Assembly (NCBI GenBank): GCA_977016875.1
Contig: CDRNST010000382.1
Location: 1,736,001-1,800,000 of the forward strand
Length of the DNA: 64,000 nucleotides
Direction of reading: 5' to 3'
DNA from: Pavona decussata
Lineage: Eukaryota
A program made the translations under genes and the position numbers. The stretch's first letter is position 1. Each line of letters opens with the position of its first letter. Positions 27,725 to 41,737 of this stretch are shown in pieces. Under the pieces are notes generated by a model. That model ran no database searches. It was not told where the DNA came from and saw only the letters and a list, made by a program, of their open reading frames with translations.

Positions 27725-28040
27725 ACCACTGTTGTAACAATCACGAAGGTTCTGTCTCGATAAACATTACCACCGAACATGTTTCTCCACTTCTCATTCT
27801 GTAAGAAGGACTCCGGACTTCCGAATACAAAGAAATTGTTCTCATTGACGTCTTCACTGCTCAAAGTGGCTGCTGAAACGCCACGATTTCGCAGTTCTCG
27901 AATATGAGAGTCCACCAGAGACTTCAGAGGATACACAACCAAAATTATGGCATGGTGAGGGTATGAATAGCCTGACAGGCACAGGCATTTGCAGACATCA
28001 GGGAGCAACTGAAATATATTTGACTTTCCACGTCCTCAAC
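27725..28040 (-). pseudogene. RecQ-like SF2 helicase fragment (motifs I, Ia, Ib)
   Basis: GRGKSNIFQLLP (Walker A), VVYPLKSLVDSHIREL (Ia), FVFGSPESF; truncated before DExH. Confidence 0.65.
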
Positions 28041-28621
28041 TTGTTGTGTCCATTTCTCTTAATTGGAAATTATTTGCATGTCTGCGGTGACTGCCAGACA
28101 TCATTTTCAAAACACTCCATATCCAGCATTCCAATATATATCCTAGTTTAGACCACATTGTCTTTGTTTATGGACCCGTCATTGTTCAGAGGGTGGAGAA
28201 GGGTGATCTAAACGGGGCCAATAATTGATTTTTAACAGCTTGGGACGACTTTACTACAAGTAGTTTCACAAACAGTGGATATTTGTATTGATTGTAGTTT
28301 ACATACTTTTTGACTCTTTAAATTTGATTAAAATTCATCACCGGAAACCATTTCTAAACAAGAAGCTGTTTCCAGCTTTTACTCGGGCCATGTTTGACTG
28401 TGTGGTGCAATCTCACCAAATAGATAGCCTGCGAGCAAGCTCTCTTCGTGGTGGGTCCTCTTTCCCCGTCCTGCCTCACACGCCCTAGAGAGCTTGCTCG
28501 ATTCCTGAGTGTATATGTCTATATTTATTGATTTTATCGAATTAAGATAATGGAGCATCTTATTTAAAACAATCATAATGCAATATCAAAATAATATGCC
28601 ATCCATAGTATTTTCTATAAA

Positions 28622-28903
28622 GGGCGACTAACACGGTACGACTTTGTCGCATGCGACAAGCTTACGACAGGCCTACGACACGAATTGTTTCGTGTAAATC
28701 AAACATACAACTCGCTTTCGACTGAAGTGTACGTCAGGAAATGTCGTAGGATTTTAAAACATGTTTTATCCTACGGCAATCGTAAATATAGGCAATGTTG
28801 AATGACGAGAGTTCTGTGCGATTTTTTGCATGTCGCGAGAAGCGCGCGCTCTAGAAATCGCAGGCGACAGTCGTAAGCAAAAGTTGTACTGTCTAAATTG
28901 GCC
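28622..28903. mobile_element. Harbinger-like MITE (degenerate)
   Basis: Imperfect terminal inverted match GGCGACTAACACGGTACGACTTT vs reverse complement of AAAGTTGTACTGTCTAAATTGGCC; internal CGACA/TGTCG repeats. Confidence 0.55.
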
Positions 28904-29209
28904 ACAATTTTGTCGGGGTTAGTAATACGTGGATAGTGTCAACTTTTTATGAGTGTTCTGAACTGTTCTGATGTACTTTGTTTTTATACAAGTTCATTAA
29001 ATTGGCCATAGGGGAAATTCACAGCAATTCTCTGGCATTAAAATAGCGCTTGATCGCGCAGTTGAATTGTCATTAGAGGGAGCAATTTTAACCCTAGGGC
29101 GCTTCCCTTGAAGTTATTTTTGATTGTTTTTTTTTTTTTTTAACATGTTCATGCAAGTTATTATAATTTAATATTTGCACTTTGTTACTTTTTTTTTTTT
29201 ATTAAAAGA

Positions 29210-32151
29210 ATGGACAAGGTCGCAGCAGAAGTTTGTCCTACCAATTTACCTGTGGCCGGCGACGTAGGCGACAGCGCTTTAGCTCAGGTTGAAGATCAAC
29301 CTTCGAACACACGAAAGCGGAACCCTAATAAATGTTCAAAATGCGGGAAAAGTGTGTTAAACCTCAGTAGACACCAGAAAGACGTCCATGGCATGAAGAA
29401 ACTTAGCCTGAAACTCCATGATTACTTTACGGGTGAGAAAAAGAACCCAAGGGGATGGTGAAGTTCTGTCCGCTATCTCCATGCAAAGGGAACAGAACAC
29501 CGATATTTCAGCTACACAAGCATTTGCAAACGTCGATACATGGTCTTGAGCCTAATACACCGAGCTATATAAGAGCCTTGGATAAAGCACAGAGAGTGTC
29601 CCTAAAACATTTAGAGTCGTACAAGAATCAAAAGGAAAGAATGAAGAGAGCCAAAGATGAAGAAGAAGTAAGCGAGAAGAAAGCAGCAGTGACGGGGAAA
29701 GGCAAGGAGTTGAAGAGAATAGCGAATTACAAGAAGAAAGTCATGGGGAGAGAAAAGTAAGCAAGGCTAAAATGGATCTGGAGAGTGACCAAGAATACGA
29801 TGAGCTCACTAGAAAAGTATGGGAAGAAACACAAAGATCACGAGGTATTGTGATCCCAAGGGAGCAAACAAGCGATAGTGACGAAGAGGAGCAAGGCGAA
29901 TTCGAAGGTGAAGGTTCACAGTCCGGGGAGCTCTTTAAAGGAACTCTTACGGCTACAACAGAAGATGAAGCTATCATCCTATCATCAGAAAGTGACCAAA
30001 ATTCTGGAACGGATGGGTCGAGCGACTCATACACATCGCAAGATTCTACTCTTTCCCAAGAACAACATGATCTGTTGGTTGAGGTGGTTGAGGTTATAAG
30101 CAGAGAGCAATGTGACTCTGGCTCATTGTTAGACGTTGAATCTGAGCTACCTTGGAAGGAGACAATCCAGAAGTTCATCTTTAGGCAGGAACGTCAAGGT
30201 TACCGTTTCAAGACTGAAGAAGAGTCACTAGATGATTTCAGACAAAACCTTCAGAAAGAAGAGAGAGATGACGAACTGTTCGAAGGCATTTTCATGGATG
30301 ACAAAAGCAATGACGATGATGCTTTAGATGAGGATTGGGAGCCAAGCAATAATGAACCTGACATCCAAGAGGTTGACGAACATCGACAGGGAGAAATTGG
30401 TGATGCCACCGATACTTTATTTGCTGAATTCTACGAGTACTTAGTCGATGTGGATGGAGGTTACCGCAGTGCAAAGGTAGCACAGCAGTACAAGTCTCAA
30501 GTACAAAGTGTCATTCGTACATGTAAGATGAAACTGACAGAAAGGGAAACTGAAAAACATGAACACCAAGGGCTTCCTTCCTTTCATTTGCTGCTAATTC
30601 CAGGGATGAGTGGAGTGAAATTTCTGAGGTCCTGGCTTTCTTATGCAGTCGAGAAATACCAACCTGGAACTGTGTGGTCGTATCTAATGAGCGTGCGCCT
30701 TTTCTACAAGTTTTCTCGCCCAAGAGGAAAAGAACATACAAAACGTTACACAGGACTTGCTTAATACACGTCGCGATCTCATGAGCTCCTGGTCTTCTGC
30801 GCAAAAGAAGAAGGTATTAAGAAGGAAACTGGAGAAGTACGACGAGGATTACAGAAAACTCCTCACAAGCGAAAACCTCCATCAAGTGTACCACGGAAAT
30901 CAGCACGTTAATGCCGTCAAGCAACTGGCAGCAACTTCAGATGAAACAAAGCGTGGCTATGTGACTGACAAGACCCTCGACGAAACATCTCATTGGGAAG
31001 TTCGGGACTGGCTCATGACTCGCCTCCTAATAGATAACAGTGGCAGAAGTGGCGTTGCAGCGAACATGACGACAAGTGAGTTCAGGGACGCAGTTTTCTA
31101 CCCCGGAACAGACAATGATCCAGCAAGGTACAGAGTACATGTCAAAGATCACAAGACTGCTGGATCATATGGTGCAGCCGTTGTCTGGATTTATGACAAC
31201 TTCTATCTCCTTATAGACATGTATCTAAGAACAGTTAGGAGCCAGTTCGTCTCAGGAGATTCGAAAGTAGAGCAGGTATTTGTCTCCAGCAATGGCCTTG
31301 CACTAACTTCATCCCAGGTTTCATATTCTGTATTTAGAACTTTTCAAAGGGAAGGCATTGACGTTAAATGAAGGATCTGCGCTACCACAATCAGAAAGTC
31401 TCTCGCCACGGGGATGCATGCACACATGCCCGATCAGAAGGATAATTTAGCCGCACTTGCTCAGCATAAGCCACAGACGCAGGCTAAATACTATCGCGTC
31501 CATGACAAAGTCAGCGAGACGAACTTAGGACGTCGAGCAGTGAAGAACCTTGTCTCTCTAAAGACAGTTGAAGTCCCTCTGCCAGAGAAGGACCAAGTGA
31601 CCACACCAGCTCCATGGGATGTTGAAGAAACTGATGATTTGAAGATGTTCAGCAATGAATTAGAAACAGGGGCCATCGAGGAGGAAAACATCCATAAAAA
31701 GCTGACGGGAACAAGCTTCGTCACCAATCATTCCATAAAGGCAGTTGTTCTAAAGCTTCGCTGTATGAGGGAGGAATTCGCACACACACTTGAACCTCCC
31801 AGTGAACAACTTACAAACACGGAAAAGGTGATGAAGTTCCTTGACGGATGCCAAACATTCGCGCCATCAACATCAAAAGCCCTTTCCGTTTCAAGCGAAT
31901 CTTCCCGCTTTTGGAGGAAGTTTATGGACGAGCAAACCTGTTATCTCCTCAAATTAACAGAAGACCTAGTGGCCAATAACACTGCTAAGAAAGAAACCGT
32001 TTGGCAGAGGGTGATCAATCATCCAAGAGCAATGGAGCTTGGCCTTATTTCCGGCAAAGAAGACGACGAAGAAATCCAGAAAGCCAAACAACGTCTAACT
32101 GACAAGGTGAGGCAGGGGGCAAAAAAGAAGAAATGGAGTCAGAAAAAGTAA
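29210..32151 (+). pseudogene. Large tyrosine-recombinase gene copy 1 (2x C2H2 ZnF, acidic linker, YR domain, Myb-like C-terminus), Crypton-like
   Basis: CSKC..LSRHQKDVH and CPLSPC..LHKHLQTSIH fingers; YR motifs IDNSGRSGVAANMT, VKDHKT, VFVSSNG, CATTIRKS, LAALAQHKPQTQAKYY. About three frameshifts plus a TGA at 31369. Confidence 0.8.
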
Positions 32152-32775
32152 CTCTATGTGCATACGAAATGGAAATTTTCATTTTTGCTTTGAAGGCTTT
32201 AATACCGCTTACGTTTCATTTTTACGTCGAGTGCAAGTCTCAAAAACTTTGCTCAAGTGGCAACATGAATATTATAGATAATGGCTGGATAATATGTCAA
32301 ATATCTCAGCCGTGGTGTGGATAACACGCTACTTTATTGCTGTTTAGAAATACAACTGTTCATTCAGTCGATGAGCAATCCATTTTATGTGCCTTACATG
32401 CAAAGCAAAGATAGTGCATTAACAGGTCATACTCGAAAAACGCATATGAAATGAAAAGTTATTCCTGTTTTGAAGGCCTTTAAAGCCCTTACGTTTAATT
32501 TTAGCATTATATGCTTTTCTCAAAAACAAGTCCAAAGTAAAAGTTAAGGCCCAGAAACACTGTGCAACATTGCCCGCAATGTGTCCAGCCCTGATATTGT
32601 CGTGTGTCCTATTGTGCGCAATGTTACAGGAGGAGAAGCTCCTAAGCTTGTTAGATGTTTGCAAGTCTGCGAGGGAATTAAATTTAAGAACTTAAAACTA
32701 TATGTCTTATGTATACTATATAATAGTGAATATATTTTCTGACACATGAACAAACAGTGATAATTTTGAAAGAAG

Positions 32776-33040
32776 TGTCGGAAATTGATTCCATGCAATA
32801 AAAGGCTTTCAGAATCGGTCGTACTTAATTACCTACTTGTCAAACTAAATCACTTGATAAGATCAAAGAATGAAATAATTAAATATGTTAAGTGAAGATT
32901 AGGTTTCTCTATGGACTGGAGAGAGTGAACGCATTGAAAACATTGAACATTGTGACCAGGGACCAGGGACTTGAAATAAAACGTCTTCTATACTGAGAAT
33001 TGTCGTGGATTTCTGAGGCCACGCGGAGGCGTTCGCGACA
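32776..33040 (+). repeat. 5' LTR (265 bp, TG..CA)
   Basis: Direct repeat of 38468-38731. Confidence 0.95.
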
Positions 33041-33128
33041 AATTGGCACCTCCGACGGGACACACGCAACACTGGGACGAGAACAGAAATAATTCTACTG
33101 CAGTAATTTCGAAACTGTGACGGCAAAC

Positions 33129-36100
33129 ATGGAAGAGGTCGAGGGAGCATTGGAGACGAAGCTTACACAATTGAAGTTTTCAAGGGAACGAACAGAGAAA
33201 ATCATCCAAAGCGGGAAATGGGACAGAGTAGAGAGACATCAAAATGCGTTAAAGGAATTGGCAGGCGAAGCCGATCAGTTGAAAAGAAAACTAGAAGAGA
33301 TGAAGATCGCTGCAAAAGAAAATGTGGACCATGTAAAGAAATGGAGCGACGAAATTGAAACCAGGATCGATGAGGCAGAAGAAGATGTTACGCGTCTAGG
33401 AGAATGGGCTGAAACAATGAAGAAAGAAGAGAGTCAGAAGCTCCGAGACGAAGAGCTAAAGTACGAACAGAAGCTTTTCGAAACACGCCTACAATTTCAA
33501 AGCGAGTTAAAAGAGGCCGGCAAGTTGCAACAAGCGCAAGGGAGTGGTTCAGGGAGTGGTACTGGTGATGTTGTGGCTGGGTTGCAAGCGAAGTTACCAA
33601 AATTAGTTATCACTAAATTCAACGGCACTTTCCAAGATTGGTCACGATTCTGGGGACAATTCTGTGAGGCAATCGATAAATCGAGTATCGCTGGTGTAAC
33701 CAAGTTTTCGTATTTGAGAGAGCTGTTGGCTCCGAAAGTTAGAGCGTCCATTGAAGCCCTTCCATTTACACCTGAAGGATATCTTCGCGCCCTAAGCATC
33801 TTAAAAGATAAGTATGGCAAGGAATCAGAAATCGTGAAAGCATACAATAAGGAAATTGTAGAGCTGCCAGTCATTTCTGGAGTGAATGTCAAAAAGATCC
33901 ACGAATTCTACGAGCGCTTGACATATTGTGTGCAATCTTTGGAAACAATGGGCAAACTAGACAAGGTCAACGGAAATGTATCGATGACACTGGATAAATT
34001 ACCGGGAATTAGAGGCGATATCGTACGCACGGATGACTCCTGGGAAAGTTGGGATTTTGTGAAGCTGTGCGAAGCCTTGAAACTGTGGACAAGACGCAAC
34101 CCAATCGAGTTTACTAACGCGGCCGAGAGAGCAGATCCGTTCCCTCATCGACAGGAGAGATCTGACAAGCTCTTCAACGTCAGACATCAAGAGCCGAAAC
34201 CACGTGCATGTGTTTATTGTGATAACACATCGCATTTTTCCTGGGAGTGCCCAAAGATAACAACGTTCGCTGAAAGGAAGCGATTTTTGGCTCAACATCG
34301 CCTTTGTTTTAATTGTGCACGCATCGGTCATCCAGCCTCCAGATGCGAAAGCAAAGCTTCATGTCAGCGATGTGGTCGTCGACATCATACCTCTGTTTGT
34401 GACCGTGAACGTGACGAATCGGGGCCACGACAAGAAGTCGTATTGACTACCTCAGAGAAAGGAGGTGGCATTTTCCCTGTTGTGAATGTGGAGGTCAATG
34501 GTATTGAGTGTCGTGCGTTGATTGACACCGGAGCGGGAAGTTCTTACGCTTCTGCGAAATTAATTGAACTTCTCAAGATAAACCCCGTTGATGTGAAAGT
34601 TAAACAAGTAGACATGCTAATGGGAACATCATTAGCCCGCCTTGAAACCTATCAATCCTGTGTTGAATCAGTTTGTGGAAACTTCAAAATGGATGTGAAG
34701 TTAATTAAAGTGAACAAAGGAGAACTGTTGACATTAGACAACCCTAACTATGACGCTGTGATTGCTAAGCACCCACACTTAAAGGGAGTGAGAATGCGTG
34801 ACCGTGACACCAAACCACAACTTCCAGTACACATAGTACTTGGGGCCGGGGAATACGCAAGAATCAAGACAGAAAATCGACCGCACATCGGGAAAGACGG
34901 TGAGCCAATTGCTGAGCTTACCAAACTTGGTTGGTTTGTTATGTCTCCTGGACAGGAGTTCGACCAAAATGCGATGATGCTAACTCAAACTAGCAAGCTG
35001 GAGTATGAAGAACTGTGCAGACTCGATGTGTTAGGGCTGGCTGACACCTTTCTCAATGACCAGCAAGCTGTGTACGGTGAATTCAAGGAGCAATTAGTCA
35101 GGACCGAGGAGGGCTGGTACGAGACCGGACTGCCCTGGAAGGGAAACCACCCACCTCTACCTTCAAATGAAGGGGGGAGCCTGCAGCGGCTACGCAACTT
35201 AACACGTAAGTTGCAGCATACCGGGAAAACTGAAGAATACGAAAGCATCATTGTAGAACAAAGGGAGCAGGGCGTGGTCGAGGTTGCAGATAAGCCAGCT
35301 GAAGGGATCGAATTCTACATACCCCACAAGCCAGTGGTGAGAGAGGATGCTGAATCTTCCAAAACGCGCATTGTCTATGATGCATCAGCACGGGAACCCC
35401 CATCAGCCCCATCCTTGAATGAGTGTCTCAACCCTGGCCCTCCGCTGCAGAACAAGCTTTGGGATGTGCTCGTTCGTCAGCGGTCTTACCCAGTTGCAGT
35501 GACAGGCGACTTGAAGAAAGCATTTCTGCAAGTGCGCATCAAAGCATCAGACAGGGATGCACTTAGATTTCACTGGAGGAAAGATGAACACTCTAAGCTT
35601 GAAACACTGAGATTCACAAGAGCGTTGTTCGGGCTGACGTCTTCGCCCTTCCTGCTTGGGGGAGTTATAGAGTGTCATCTAGAGACATGGGAAACGAGAG
35701 CGCCAGAGGCGGTGACGGGGCTGCAAAAGAACTTGTACGTGGATGACTTGCTGTCGGGAGGAGTGACTGTGGGGGAAGCGCAGTACCGCAAGGAGCATGC
35801 CATCGAAATATTCGAGGACGCAAGTTTTACTTTACACAAGTGGCATTCTAACGTCCCGATGCTGGAGGGAGGTATCGAAAGCAAAGATAGTGATTTGTCT
35901 TTTGCCAAACATCAACTTCAACACCCAGAAGAAGCTAGGGCCATCCTACTAGGACTAGGATGGGACAAAGACAAGGATGAGTTGAGCGTCAAATTTCCCC
36001 CTGAACAAGTCCAACCGACCAAGAGAGGGATACTAAGCAAGGTTGCCAAGGTGTATGACCCCCTGGGACTGGTCTCACCTGTGACCCTTGAAGGAAAAAT

Positions 36101-38331
36101 GATCTTCAGAGATGTGTGTGATGCAACTAAAGCATGGGACGTGAAACTCGAAGAACCATTACTACAGAGATGGAAGAAATGGGAGCACTCTCTGCCTCTA
36201 GAGCAGTTGTTGCTAAGGGCAATCACCAGCTACCAAGAACCCTTGCAAGATGTCGAACTACATAGCTTCGGTGACGGCAGCAAACAAGGAGTGGGAGCCG
36301 CAGTGTACGCAGTTGTGCGACAACAGTCGGGAACAACACAACGCCTGCTAGCCGCTAAAGCACGTCTAGCAAAAGAAGGACTATCCATACCCCGTATTGA
36401 GCTGATTGGGGGCCACATGGCGGCTAACTTAGTCACAAACGTGAAGAATGCTTTGGAGGGTCTACCAATTTCGAACGTGTATGGCTGGCTTGACAGTACT
36501 GTGACCCTTCACTGGATACGAGGAGGGGGAGAATATAAGCAGTTTGTTGCCAACCGCGTGAACAAAATTAACCAGCACCCCGAAATCCAGTGGAGGCATG
36601 TGTCAACGAGGGAAAATCCAGCTGACCTGGCAAGTAGAGGAGGGGAAACGACTGAACTGTGGTGGAGTGGACCGAAGTGGCTGGCTAATCGAGAGCACTG
36701 GCCACCTAACCCTGTGACTTCAGCTTCGCCAGCGACAGAGGTTGAAGCTAAAACTATCCGAGAAGTGCTTACAGTGACGCAGACGAAGGCTGCCAGTGAT
36801 GGATTGGACGAATTGCTAGACAAGCACGATCTCAGACGCGCTTTGAGGGTTGTTGCATGGGTCACAAGATTCATAACCAACTGCAAGACACCCAAGAGAC
36901 TAACAGGGCCATTAACGACTGCTGAAATAGATAGTGTAAAGTGGGGTTGGATCAGACGAGCGCAACAACAAGATATGACGATGCCAAATTATCCGCAGAT
37001 CCAGAGCAGCTTAAATCTGCAGCTGAGTAAGGACGGACTTCTGGAATGCCGTGGACGTATCCAGGGAAAATACCCGATCTATCTTCCAGAAGACGCAATA
37101 TTTACAAAGAAGCTGGTGAGACGAGTGCATTGTGAGACTCTGCACGGGGGAGTAGGGCTGACAATGGCGGCAGTCAGGGAAAACTACTGGGTTCTGAGGC
37201 TGAGGAGACTCGTGAAGAAAGTGACGAAGGAATGCTGGGGGTGTAAGAGGTTCCAGGCGACAGCAGTTGCGACGCCCCCACCAGGTCTTCTGCCAACCAA
37301 CAGAACAGAAGGGACTACGGCATTCGAGGTCGTCGGCGTGGACTTTGCTGGCCCAATACGCTACCGAAAGGGAAGCAACCGAGAAGGGAAGGCTTACATC
37401 GCACTGTTTGCCTGTAGCTTGACGCGGGGAGTACATCTTGAGCTGTTACCGAGTCTAGAAACAGAGAAGTTCCTTCTGTGCCTGAAGCGTTTCATTGCAA
37501 GGCGTGGTCGACCAAAGACGCTGTACTCTGACAACGGGGGAACGTTTGTGAAAGCTGCTAAGTGGCTTAAGACAGTTCGACGAGACGAGAAAGTACAGGG
37601 CTATCTCGAGCAGCAAGAGATCCAATGGCAATTGAATCTGTCCCGGGCACCGTGGTGGGGAGGACAATTCGAGCGTCTTATCGGCGTTGTGAAACGGGCC
37701 TTCTACAAGACTATTGGAGCGGCTACCTTGACCTGGGATGAGCTTAGTGAAATCATGCTCGACGTGGAAATACAAATCAACCGCCGTCCGCTGAGCTACG
37801 TCAAATATGACGTCCAGTTGCCCACCCTAACCCCATCGACGTTCCTGTTTCAGCGGTCAAGTCTGTTGCCAGAACAGGTGCCTTGGAGGGAGGAAGACGT
37901 AAACTTAAGAAGGCGTGGCAAAGTATCTCAAATCGTGCAAGGAACAACTCTGGCGCCGCTGGACAAGGGAATACCTGACTACACTTCATGAGAGGCATAA
38001 CTTGAACCACAAGCGCAGGAACTTCCAAGTCAAGGTGGGAGATGTTGTGATCATCAGATCAGAAGAGAAGAATCGGAACAGATGGCCGATTGCTGTTGTA
38101 AGGCAACTCTATCCTGGTCGTGACGGGATAGTACGGGCGGTACAAGTTGACACAGGGAAGGGACAACTGGAGAGGCCAGTCCAACACCTCTATCCCACGG
38201 AGCTTAATTGTGACAGACCCCGCCCTCCAGTGTTGAACCCAGAAGCAAACGTTTTCCGCCCTCGCCGTGAAGCGGCAGCCGTTGCTGCAGAGAACATTAG
38301 AGCTATTGCTCTACAGGAACTAAACACTTAG
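33129..38331 (+). CDS. BEL/Pao Gag-Pol polyprotein; open 33129-37991, with one +1 frameshift near 37917 separating the C-terminal tail (37915-38331)
   Basis: KLPKLVITKFNG gag; three Cys/His knuckles (CVYC, CFNC, CQRC); ALIDTGAGSSY protease; YVDD RT; LSIPRIEL RNase H; VDFAGP/SDNG/FERL integrase; LWRRWTREYL..RPVQHLYP tail. Confidence 0.93.
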
Positions 38332-38467
38332 ATCTTTCGTTTAAGAGACAAGGACATTCCGTGACCATAATATATTCAGTTGAATTTCGTTAAAGTTTTT
38401 TATTTAGTGGACAATCAGTGATTTCCTCTAAAGCATATACCTCAACAGGAGCTATATGGGGGGAGAG

Positions 38468-38731
38468 TGTCGGAAATCGATTCCATCAATAAAAGGCTTT
38501 CAGAATCGGTCGTACTTAATTACCTACTTGTCAAACTAAATCACTTGATAAGATCAAAGAATGAAATAATTAAATATGTTAAGTGAAGATTAGGTTTCTC
38601 TATGGACTGGAGAGAGTGAACGCATTGAAAACATTGAACATTGTGACCAGGGACCAGGGACTTGAAATAAAACGTCTTCTTTACTGAGAATTGTCGTGGA
38701 TTTCTGAGGCCACGCGGAGGCGTTCGCGACT
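38468..38731 (+). repeat. 3' LTR
   Basis: Direct repeat of 32776-33040; the terminal CA is altered to CT. Confidence 0.95.
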
Positions 38732-41700
38732 GAAGTAATTTTTGTTTGGTGGTTGAGCTTCATTTTAAGTTCAAGGGAATATAATGTCGGGTTAATGCGT
38801 GAACGAAAATTAGTATTCAAGTTTTAACAGGACCAATGTTTGGCATCAGCAGTCTTTAGCGCCCTGTACTTAGGTTCTTGGAGCAAGGCTACTTGCACAT
38901 AACATTATTATGTGGAAAGAGCAATTTTCTACACTTAATGTAAAAACACTCAACAGTCAAAAAAAGAAGATAGCCACAATGTTAAAGTCACGCCGTTGGC
39001 AAAAAATTATCATAATGTTTTAATTAAGTACCATAATGTCTTTAATTTTCGCACGGGTTTTAACTTAGTTACTCTAGCGCACATTCAAATTACATACCTC
39101 TGCAGGAAGGAATCTAAAATGACCCATTGTAATGTCCGTTTTATTACTTTATTTCGAAGCTTAAAGCTTCACTATTGGAGCTTGAGACTTTTCAGTTTTC
39201 TTAGCTTTTTACCCGAGCCATGTAGCATCGAACTTTATTAGGTGTTTGAATAAATTTACACGTACATTTTCTTGGCGCAGCAGGTAGCAATGGTAATCTA
39301 GGCAGGCCAGGAAAAGAAATCAGAAAAAAGAAATAATGACTTAAACGAAAAGTTCAGCGATCAATATTGAACAATTAATGCGATCTCTAGAATCTACAAA
39401 ATTTGAAGGCATTAAGGTACTTCATGGAATAACTTTAAAATAATATCCTTTACCTTTAAAAATGACCATGTATGTGAAAATTAGGGAAAATTAAGTGTTG
39501 GCCCTTCATTTGCTAGTGCTTAAAAGGTTAAAAATGTTAGTTTGGCCCTCACTTTGTCTTTGTCGTCGGATAGCACATAGCCACAATATAATCAACAGTT
39601 GAAAAGAAATGTTCTTAATATGTTGATCGAATTTAGCTTTAACTTGTGAAAGGGCGGAAAAGTTGAAACAATGTTACTTGTTCTGAATTCAGTTCATGTT
39701 TAAAAAAAGTCAGAGGAAACGGTCATTTAAAGTCCTGATGAATGCCATGTATGATTAGAGATTCTAAATAAAGTTTGTATTTTCGTTCAGTTATTTTCAT
39801 TATTAATGACATTGATCCATTAATACCTCTTTTATATAAATCACGATATGGAAGATCGAAGATGAACATTTCAAAAGAGGTTTACTGCCACTTGCGGTTG
39901 ACTTAGTTTTACTTCTCTTTAGTCAATTGAATGTAGAGCAATGAACATGAAGCTGCTTGATCCAAGTTCACGTTATCTCTATGAAAGAAAGAAAAATCAT
40001 GAATACGTGTATTCGTAGTTCCTCCTTCCTACGCGATGTAACACCGTCAACTTGGATCAAGCAGCGGAAAACTAATTCTACCCATAATACCTTTCAGCAT
40101 TATCGCGTACACTTTTGTATAGGACAACCTTTCTCAACACAACTACATTCACGTGTACTACCCTATGTTAGTAATAATGATGACGTTTTTTTTTTTGGGG
40201 GGGGGATCCACAGACTATCCGCACTCTGCAAAATTGTTGAGGAATTTTAACAGAAGGAAACACGAGAAAATTCACTTCGTCAGTTAGAAATATCGTAAAA
40301 CCTTTTTATTTGAACGCCCGCAAATTACTCAGCTATTGTCGTAAGCGCGCGTACGGTTATAGAACTATAGGGGGTGACCTGAAAAAAAAAATATTTGCCC
40401 CACGAACACTAAGTGCTCATCAAGAAAGCTTATGCTGCTTTAAATCAATTGTTAAAAATGATCGGACATAAAGCAAAAAGAAAGAACGAACGATTGAACA
40501 GATAAAGATAATTCAACCCTAATTCTAAAGGCAGTACTGGAAATTCTGTTGAGAAACCAATCAAAAAGGTGGGTGGTACAGAAAATAATATTTTTTAGCT
40601 CCTATACTATTACCAGCCTCACAGAAAACACAAGCGAGGAAAAGACAGTAGTTACTTTCAAAGCGATCATGATTTAAAGTTCTAAAATTAAGTCAAGTGA
40701 GTAAGCATGATCAACGCGAAACAATCCCCGATCCTCTAATTGGTTCGTTTTGAGCATGCGCATCTAAGTTGTCCTGGACTCTCTTCTCTCGCCCCGTTTT
40801 AACAACTATATACATGTATTAAGGAAGGAAAGGAACTGTTCAGGGACTGAACTAGACGCTACTTGATCACAATCGTTTTAGGGCATTTGGTACAGGGTAA
40901 GACATTTGGCAAGACATTAAGTCCTGATGTGGACCTGCACTATCTAAAATGATTGATTAATAGACACCTAAATATTAAATGATAATGGACAAATAGATAA
41001 TGATAGCTAAAAAATAGATAAATACTCAAAAGTTAACATTCAAGATATTAAAAATATTAAAATTATTTAAATCTACAGATTTGTTGGAAATGCTTCAGGA
41101 AGCTTTAGCAAAACTAATAAATTTTAGAATACTCCTATTTTCCTTAAGTTTTCTCTTGAAGGAAGTAAGGTTTAAACAGTTCCTGATGTAATCAGGAAGG
41201 AGGTTCCAGGATAATGCAGCTCTACGTTAGCGGAAGTCCGGTCACTGTGCTTCACTTGGTTTTACCTCTCTTTGGTCAATTGAACATAAAGCAATAGATA
41301 TGAAGGTGTAAAGAACTGCTTAGCAATTGCTCGGAAATGCATTATTTCTTTTGTTTGGCCTGTTGGCTAATGAATTTTCAAAATGTTCCAGTGCAAGTTC
41401 TGCGATTGGTCCAGGTAGGTATTTGCTACTATACGACCTCTTTCCTGGAAATACAAGAGTCCAGAATGTGCAGAAAGATCCCAAAAATGGTTGAAAGTTT
41501 TCTTAGATTACGAGGCAATGCATCTTCAAAGAGCATTCCGCTAAATTAAAATAGAAAGGATTTATTCCAAAAAAAACCGTTTAAAACGCATTAAAACAGG
41601 AAAAAAAAACAATTTGCATTTGACAAGGATGCTCAACTCGGAATGGGGAGAATTACCCTTCTCAGATCCTCCTGTGAGACTTCTTGTCAGCTCATCACAT

Positions 41701-41737
41701 TTAAAATAAAAGATGATATTTCTTCACGAAAAACACA

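Larger units (their letters stand above)
32776..38731 (+). mobile_element. Young full-length BEL/Pao LTR retrotransposon (~5.96 kb)
   Basis: LTRs 32776-33040 and 38468-38731 differ at only ~4 positions. TGG-starting PBS candidate at 33044, PPT GGGGGGAGAG before 38468, imperfect TSD AGAAG/TGAAG. Confidence 0.96.

Noticed and set aside
29210-32151. Prophage integrase or DIRS retroelement reading of the YR genes
   Set aside because: No phage genes are present and the proteins carry eukaryotic C2H2 fingers. The neighbouring RT belongs to an independent BEL element with its own LTRs and DDE integrase.
37900-37930. Possible programmed ribosomal frameshift in the BEL ORF
   Set aside because: There is no slippery heptamer and BEL elements normally have one ORF; a single-base insertion or sequencing error explains it.
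33388-38028. Many minus-strand ORFs within the BEL element
   Set aside because: They are antisense shadows of the long polyprotein with no recognisable motifs.
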